Assembly: GCA_963804645.1 (NCBI GenBank)
Contig: CAWDRG010000005.1
Span: 288,001 to 352,000 of the forward strand
Reading direction: 5' to 3'
Source: an uncultured Bacillota bacterium
GTDB lineage: Bacteria > Sysuimicrobiota > Sysuimicrobiia > Sysuimicrobiales > Segetimicrobiaceae
DNA length: 64,000 nucleotides
Below are positions 63,891 to 64,000 of the stretch, piece after piece. Position numbers and translations under genes: made by a program. Each line of letters begins with the position of its first letter. Positions within the stretch are counted from its first letter, which is position 1. Below the pieces are notes generated by a model that worked only from the letters and a program-made list of their open reading frames with translations, searched no databases and was not told the DNA's origin.

Positions 63891-64000
63891 GCGACCGCGA
63901 CGGGCGCCGGGCTGTACAGCGCGTCCAGGCGATCGACGATAGAGGACCACGCGTACCGTTCCAGCACCGTCGCCCGCGCCTCGTTCGCCGAGGTGCGCTC
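63887..64000 (-). CDS. C-terminus of a probable GT4 glycosyltransferase (partial)
   Basis: ARATVLERYAWSSIVDRLDALY, a typical GT-B terminal helix; stop overlaps the next ATG. Confidence 0.65.
   Translation of the reverse strand, partial: ERTSANEARATVLERYAWSSIVDRLDALYSPAPVAVA

Noticed and set aside
69..63950. Numerous long Arg/Ala/Pro-rich antisense and alternate-frame ORFs (e.g. 6973-8901 +, 36989-39505 -)
   Set aside because: Shadow ORFs expected in high-GC DNA; they overlap well-supported genes and lack motifs.

Overview
Very high-GC bacterial chromosomal window. Many single-base frameshifts suggest an uncorrected long-read assembly. 1-13.3 kb holds ordinary metabolic and envelope genes: a glycerol-3-phosphate-type ABC importer with GDPD and HAD-IIA, a class V aminotransferase, an S9 peptidase, a TPR-lytic transglycosylase and a phosphodiester glycosidase. 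13.3-24.4 kb is an 11-kb nest of six mobile elements whose junctions can almost all be reconstructed to the base. An IS701-family element at a CTAG contains: (i) an ISL3 element carrying a group II intron in its transposase; (ii) an unclassified two-ORF IS with perfect 22-bp TIRs, whose transposase is split by (iii) a 2.5-kb transposase-less cassette bounded by two 33-35-bp hairpins with an 8-bp target duplication, carrying a PEP-CTERM gene and truncated gene fragments (Pack-MULE-like, the most unusual element here); and (iv) a second group II intron inside the IS701 terminal repeat, whose EBS1 loop is complementary to that IS end. 24.4-39.6 kb holds a Gld-type ABC operon, a GHL10 hydrolase, an unannotated promoter-sORF-terminator unit, a Doc-type TA pair with a His-to-Gln substitution, a cold-shock gene, a Mo-hydroxylase/flavoprotein operon, an LCP protein and a Zn-dehydrogenase. 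39.7-64 kb is a surface-polysaccharide locus interrupted by methyltransferase-like genes and three Tat-exported beta-propeller genes, two of which come from a diverged 3.7-kb tandem duplication.
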